Origin: Planktothrix sp. GU0601_MAG3
Lineage (GTDB): Bacteria; Cyanobacteriota; Cyanobacteriia; Cyanobacteriales; Microcoleaceae
Length of the DNA stretch: 64,000 bases
Assembly: GCA_035193785.1 (NCBI GenBank)
Contig: CP136572.1
Coordinates: forward strand, 3,284,578 to 3,348,577
Direction: 5' to 3'
Position numbers and translations under genes: made by a program. Position 1 is the stretch's first letter. Each line of letters opens with the position of its first letter. The notes under the pieces were generated by a model. That model was given only the letters and a program-made list of their open reading frames with translations. It was not told the DNA's origin and made no database searches. Below, one piece after another: positions 59,278 through 64,000 of the stretch.

Positions 59278-60936
59278 TTAACCTTCGATTTCATCCGGTT
59301 GCAATTCCTTGACTTTTTCAAAGGCTGCAACGGCTGCTTCTGTTTGTCCTAAATCCTGCAATGTCAGACCTTTATTATACCAAACATCGGCATCATCTGG
59401 TTGCAATTCCAGTGCTTGATTAAAGGAAATTAAGGCTTCTTCTAATTGTCCTAAATTGAGTTGTGAAATGCCTTGGTTATATAAGGCATTAAAATAATTA
59501 GGCTCTAATTGAATCGCCTGTTGATAGGATTCTAAGGCTTCTTCTAATCGTCCTAAATCCGATAGAGCGTTTCCGCGATTATTCCAAATATAGGGATCAT
59601 TGGGTTGCAAATCAACAGCAAGTTGATAGGATTTTAAGGCTTCTTCCATATTCCCTAAAACTTCTAAAACACTACCTCGATTATTCCAAGCATCTGCATA
59701 TTCGGGTTGCAGGATAATCGCCTGTTCAAAAGAGGATAATGCTTCTTCAATTCTCCCTAGACTTCTGAGGGTATTACCTCGATAAAACCAAACACAAACA
59801 TGATTTGGCTGTAGCTGAAGTATCTGATCAAATGAGTCTAAGGCTCCCTGAAAATCCCCAGCTTCATCTTGTTTAATTCCTTGCTCAAACCATTCTTTAA
59901 TCTCCGATGAAATCTCCTCAACTATTGGGTTAGTTTCGGGAATTATTTCCTGTGGATAACTAACGGGAGTTTCCTCAACTATTGGAGTAGTTTCGGGAAT
60001 TATATCCTGTGGATAACTAACGGGATTTTCCTCAACTATTGGGTTAGTTTCGGGAATTATTTCCTGTGGATAACTAACGGGAGTTTCTTCAACTATTGGA
60101 GTAGTTTCGGGAATTATTTCCTGTGGATAACTAACGGGAGTTTCTTCAACTATTGGAGTAGTTTCGGGAATTATTTCCTGTGGATAACTAACGGGAGTTT
60201 CCTCAACTATTGGAGTAGTTTCGGGAATTATTTCCTGTGGATAACTAATGGGAGTTTCCTCAACTATTGGAGTAGTTTCGGGAATTATTTCCTGTGGATA
60301 ACTAACGGGAGTTTCCTCAACTATTGGAGTAGTTTCGGGAATTATTTCCTGTGGATAACTAACGGGATTTTCCTCAACTATGGGGGTTTCTGCTTCTGTG
60401 GAAGTGGTGACACCACCCCCAATAAATTCTGCATTAATAATCGGAGAAACCTCAATATTCCCAGGAGTATTCACTGGAGTAGTAACCCCATCCTCGATAA
60501 ATTCTGCATCAATAATCGGAGAAAACTCGTTAATATTTGAAGTTATAACCTCGGTTTGTGGAGTTGATTGGGCTAAAATACTTCGACCAATACTTCCCGC
60601 CACATCTCCTAAATTACCAATATTCAGACCCGCTAAAAATACCAGGCGTCGTGCGAGTTCTTCGTGTTGGCTGGGTGTTTCCTGTAAACGAGTTCCAAAC
60701 CGTTCCAACCAAGACACTAACTCCGCTTCTTGTAGTCGATTACCAATTAACCAACCCTTAATTTGTCCCCGACTGCTAGTAGGTTGTAAGGTGTCCAACA
60801 GTTGCAAAAATAGGGCTTCATATTCCGTATCCGTGCGAGTTGGAGTTGTTTCGACCGATGGGGATGGAGGAGTAGGTTGTTTCCCGAACAGTCGTTGAAT
60901 CAGTCGTTTGAAAAATTGAATAATTCGGTGTAACAT
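59278..60936 (-). CDS. TPR protein with acidic Pro-rich repeat linker
   Basis: About 6 C-terminal TPRs (W.NRG..L..LG..EEAL). Confidence 0.85.
   Translation of the reverse strand: MLHRIIQFFKRLIQRLFGKQPTPPSPSVETTPTRTDTEYEALFLQLLDTLQPTSSRGQIKGWLIGNRLQEAELVSWLERFGTRLQETPSQHEELARRLVFLAGLNIGNLGDVAGSIGRSILAQSTPQTEVITSNINEFSPIIDAEFIEDGVTTPVNTPGNIEVSPIINAEFIGGGVTTSTEAETPIVEENPVSYPQEIIPETTPIVEETPVSYPQEIIPETTPIVEETPISYPQEIIPETTPIVEETPVSYPQEIIPETTPIVEETPVSYPQEIIPETTPIVEETPVSYPQEIIPETNPIVEENPVSYPQDIIPETTPIVEETPVSYPQEIIPETNPIVEEISSEIKEWFEQGIKQDEAGDFQGALDSFDQILQLQPNHVCVWFYRGNTLRSLGRIEEALSSFEQAIILQPEYADAWNNRGSVLEVLGNMEEALKSYQLAVDLQPNDPYIWNNRGNALSDLGRLEEALESYQQAIQLEPNYFNALYNQGISQLNLGQLEEALISFNQALELQPDDADVWYNKGLTLQDLGQTEAAVAAFEKVKELQPDEIEG
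59914..60390 (-). repeat. Coding tandem repeat, 57 bp x ~8.4 (TTPIVEETPVSYPQEIIPE)
   Basis: Read directly. Confidence 0.92.
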
Positions 60937-61083
60937 AAATAAACTCAGACAATATAGTTGTTATTAAGATTCTGGACAAAATAACCAGGATATCGGACAT
61001 AATACACCTTTTTGATTCGGTCGTTTTCCTCAATCCTTAGTGGCTAATATTTCCTTGGTATTGTCCTGTTTGTTGCCTGTTAA

Positions 61084-61365
61084 CTACATCATTCTTAATA
61101 ACCCCTGTTGACCGAGAAGCATTTCTCGCAACAAACTAAATAGTCCCACCCAAATAATCGGGGTGATATCCACTCCTCCCATGGGGGGGACGATTTTGCG
61201 GGTTAGGACTAAAAAGGGTTCGGTGGGCCAAACAATTAGGTTAAAGGGAAAACGCTGCTGGTTAACTTGGGGATACCAAGTTAGGACGATGCGGAAAATA
61301 AACAAAAAGGTCATCAAGCCCAGAATTAAACCCAAGCCCCAGGTTAAAATCGTTGTTGTATCCAT
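61084..61365 (-). CDS. YggT-family membrane protein
   Basis: RIVLTWYP, PTEPFL, GGVDITPI. Confidence 0.9.
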   Translation of the reverse strand: MDTTTILTWGLGLILGLMTFLFIFRIVLTWYPQVNQQRFPFNLIVWPTEPFLVLTRKIVPPMGGVDITPIIWVGLFSLLREMLLGQQGLLRMM

Positions 61366-61526
61366 AGGATCAGAAAAAATATCTTAAGTTTTGTTACTGT
61401 TTATCGGATCAATTTTAGCGGTTTTGGGAAGTTTTCTCATAAATAGAGGAATGTCTTCTCAAGATTGTGAAATTTTGTTAAACTGGTAAACCAAGAAATC
61501 AATCTAAGACAAGGATCACATTTGTT

Positions 61527-61647
61527 ATGACACCTTCATTAATGAACTTTTTCTATAGTTTGCTGGCTGGAATCCTAATTGTGGTAATTCCTGCAACTGT
61601 CGGTCTGCTCTTTATCAGCAAAAAAGATAAAGTCATTCGTTTCCTAG
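61527..61647 (+). CDS. psbX: Photosystem II PsbX (absent from the ORF track; extra T at 61639-61643 shifts the stop to 61655 as written)
   Basis: MTPSLMNFFYSLLAGILIVVIPATVGLLFISKKDKVIRS. Confidence 0.92.
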
Positions 61648-61847
61648 ACTGGTGATCCAGGAACAGGTCTAGGCAGACTTGCCAAAATCCTGCTTGAACC
61701 TATAGACTTAGGGGCTAAGAATCAGAATTTGATCTGAATCGCTGGCCCCTAATGTTTATTTTTGCCAAAATACCCAGCCCCAAGCTCCGGTGATTAGAGA
61801 TTTTCCAAAGAAATCGCTAAAATAGGACTGGCATAGGAGAAAAGATA

Positions 61848-62672
61848 ATGGTTAATTTAGGTTTAAATTTCAGTAGCTTAGTGGGGATTGCCCTCGCGGT
61901 TTCTGGCGCTGGATTATATTTTCTGCGTTCTTGGCGGCCAAAACTGGCACGGGATCATGATATTTTCTTTGCCGCCATTGCTTTGCTCTGTGGCGGGATT
62001 CTGTTGTTTCAAGGATGGCGACTTGATCCAATTCTAGCTTTTGGTCAATTTTTATTAACTGGAAGTGCAGTTTTCTTTGCGGTAGAAAGTGTTCGCCTCA
62101 GAGGAATTGCCGTTGTCCAAGCTAAGGAACGAGGGCCAATTGTAGACGATGAACGCTATGTCAGTGACGTTTATCGGGTGGATGCAGAGTTAGACGAACT
62201 CGAACCAACGGGCGAATATCAGCCGATGGCCCGTCAAATTCGCGGGAGTCGTGATAGTCGTTTGAGCCGAGCCGATGCTTATGAGGATGATCCGGTTCGT
62301 CGGCGTCCCTCTAGTCGCAAAAGTAGCACCCTTGACTACCCGCCACCGGAGGAGCGTCCTCGCAAACGTCGTCCCCGTCCAGAATCTCGTCCAGAACCAA
62401 CCTCCGATTGGGGAGAACCCCCTAGAGAACGGCAACAAAGACCTCCCAAAAGTCGCTCTAACCGTCCCCCCGCAACGCCTGCGGTAGATCGGGAGGATTG
62501 GACAACTTCTGCTTCTGATGCACCCCGGTCTCGCCGTCGTCCCTCTGCTTCTTCGGAATATCGCTATTCTGAAGATCGCCGTCCGAATGATAATTCAACG
62601 GATTATGTTGAATATAGACCCGTGGACTATTCTGATGATGAGGTTGATAGTTCTTCTAATTTTGAACGATAA
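61848..62672 (+). CDS. ycf66: Ycf66-family protein
   Basis: LYFLRS.RP.LARDHDIFF, QGWRLDPIL, R/P-rich tail. Confidence 0.9.
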   Translation: MVNLGLNFSSLVGIALAVSGAGLYFLRSWRPKLARDHDIFFAAIALLCGGILLFQGWRLDPILAFGQFLLTGSAVFFAVESVRLRGIAVVQAKERGPIVDDERYVSDVYRVDAELDELEPTGEYQPMARQIRGSRDSRLSRADAYEDDPVRRRPSSRKSSTLDYPPPEERPRKRRPRPESRPEPTSDWGEPPRERQQRPPKSRSNRPPATPAVDREDWTTSASDAPRSRRRPSASSEYRYSEDRRPNDNSTDYVEYRPVDYSDDEVDSSSNFER

Positions 62673-62758
62673 AACCCATAAAAAATTAATCAAGGGTTTA
62701 GGAATTAGGTATTGGGGTTATATTGTTTCCCTACCTAGTTTCCTAATTTTTTTTTAAT

Positions 62759-63013
62759 AGGGATCACGGATTTAAGAGGATTTCACGGATTTCACGGATT
62801 TTAATCTGTGTTAATCTGCGTAATCCGTTTAATCCGTGATGCGGATTTTAATCTGTGTTAATCTGCGTAATCCGTTTAATCCGTGATACGGATTTTAATC
62901 TGTGTTAATCTGCGTAATCCGTTTAATCCGTGATACGGATTTTAATCTGTGTTAATCTGCGTAATCCGTTTAATCCGTGATACGGATTTTAATCTGTGTT
63001 AATCTGCGTAATC
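62759..63013. repeat. Intergenic tandem repeat, 47 bp x ~4.6, built from AATC-based 9-10-mers
   Basis: gattttaatctgtgttaatctgcgtaatccgtttaatccgtgatacg at 62797, 62844, 62891, 62938, 62985 (partial). Confidence 0.9.
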
Positions 63014-63041
63014 CTCCTTTTAAATATTATCTTATATTATC

Positions 63042-64000
63042 TTATCTCAATTTTACATTATTCAGAATTTCTAATGCTGCGCGATCGCAGACTCCTTCCT
63101 CTCCTAATGCTTGTTTCATCTGTTGATAGCGATTTAATATTTCTTGTCGTTTGGGTTGATTGGTTAGCAATTCTATCGCCTCTCGCACAATATTTTCAGG
63201 AGTCACTTCTTCTTGCACAAGTTCGGGAACAATGGCTTGCATTTGCACTAAATTAGTTGGGGATATAAATGGAACTGAAAAATTTAAGAAACGACGAACC
63301 AGCCAAGCTGTTAAATTACTTACTCGATAAACCACAACTTGAGGAACATTTAATAGGGCAATTTCTAAGTTAACAGTTCCTGATTTGGTAATTGCTAAAT
63401 CCGCGGCTGATATCACTTCTAAGGTTTGACAATTCCCTGATTTTGTCGAAACTAAAACCGCATTTAATTGATGGTTTTTAATCGCTGTTTCTATCGCAGG
63501 ATAATACTCGGGTAATGACACTGGAATCCAAAATTTGACCCCAGGAATTTTATCTTGAATTTGTCTGGCAGCTTTGAGTAAGATGGGCATTAAATATTTA
63601 ATTTCTTGCCATCGAGAAGCCGGAAGTAAGGCGATCGCAATTTCATCGGTTTCTATTCCTAATTTGATCCGAGATTCTTCTCGACTAGGAGCCATTTTCA
63701 TCCGGTCTAATAGGGGATGACCGACCCAAGTTACCTGAGCCCCTTTTGATTGAAAATAACGGGCTTCTTCAGGAAAAATTGCTAAAATTTTGTCAGTTAA
63801 CTTAACAATTCTTTCCGTACTCTTTGAACCCAATGACCACACCCATTCTTGCGGTGCAATATAATAGAAAATCGGCACCTGGGGTAAGTGATTTCTAATA
63901 AAATTTCCGATGCCAATATTTGGCCCCATATAATCAATTAAAATTACGATATCTGGAGGATGATTTTTTAGATATTGTTTGGTTTTTTGTTGGATTAAAT
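63042..64000 (-). CDS. lpxB: Lipid-A-disaccharide synthase (5' end beyond window)
   Basis: LIDYMG.N, YIAPQEW.W, VGHPL, LPASR.QE, KSGTVNLE. Confidence 0.93.
   Translation of the reverse strand, partial: LIQQKTKQYLKNHPPDIVILIDYMGPNIGIGNFIRNHLPQVPIFYYIAPQEWVWSLGSKSTERIVKLTDKILAIFPEEARYFQSKGAQVTWVGHPLLDRMKMAPSREESRIKLGIETDEIAIALLPASRWQEIKYLMPILLKAARQIQDKIPGVKFWIPVSLPEYYPAIETAIKNHQLNAVLVSTKSGNCQTLEVISAADLAITKSGTVNLEIALLNVPQVVVYRVSNLTAWLVRRFLNFSVPFISPTNLVQMQAIVPELVQEEVTPENIVREAIELLTNQPKRQEILNRYQQMKQALGEEGVCDRAALEILNNVKLR

Noticed and set aside
245..61655. Mass pseudogenisation, or programmed frameshifting/phase variation
   Set aside because: Core genes are hit, I saw no accompanying in-frame nonsense decay, and the breaks are almost all one base in one short motif, which fits systematic consensus error
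62797..63013. CRISPR array and the 86-aa ORF at 62996
   Set aside because: Contiguous 47-bp units without spacers; the ORF starts inside the repeat and is antisense to lpxB
1679..63637. Frequent GCGATCGC octamers
   Set aside because: This is the well-known cyanobacterial HIP1, useful only as a taxonomic cue

Overview
Chromosomal window from a filamentous cyanobacterium, Planktothrix/Oscillatoriales-like by inference (abundant HIP1 GCGATCGC, STRR heptamers, psbX/ycf66/ycf20/ebsA). It holds mostly housekeeping genes (miaB, comEC, pdhA, queD, carA, mini-III, rlmB, sucCD, mgdA-like, malQ, murG, oppDF-like, hflX, aroA, lpxB), one tRNA-Ser(CGA), a tnpA-deleted IS200/IS605 (tnpB) element, a VapBC pair and several REP/MITE-like repeat families. 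About 35 reading-frame breaks are present. By my hand reconstruction 33 of them are an extra A/T inside GAAC/GTTC (read as GAAAC/GTTTC). This points to a motif-specific sequencing error, and the motif matches the known Dnd DNA-phosphorothioation site, so the errors may fingerprint a DNA modification. Other candidates: a Y1-HUH (RAYT-like) gene flanked by five REP-like units and a modular tandem array, inserted between oppD and oppF; an ABC-ATPase + TOPRIM-like pair (PARIS/OLD-like architecture); and an AT-rich four-gene island with a stand-alone HTH and a possibly split PD-(D/E)xK nuclease. Gene calls come from motif recognition by eye; no database searches were run.
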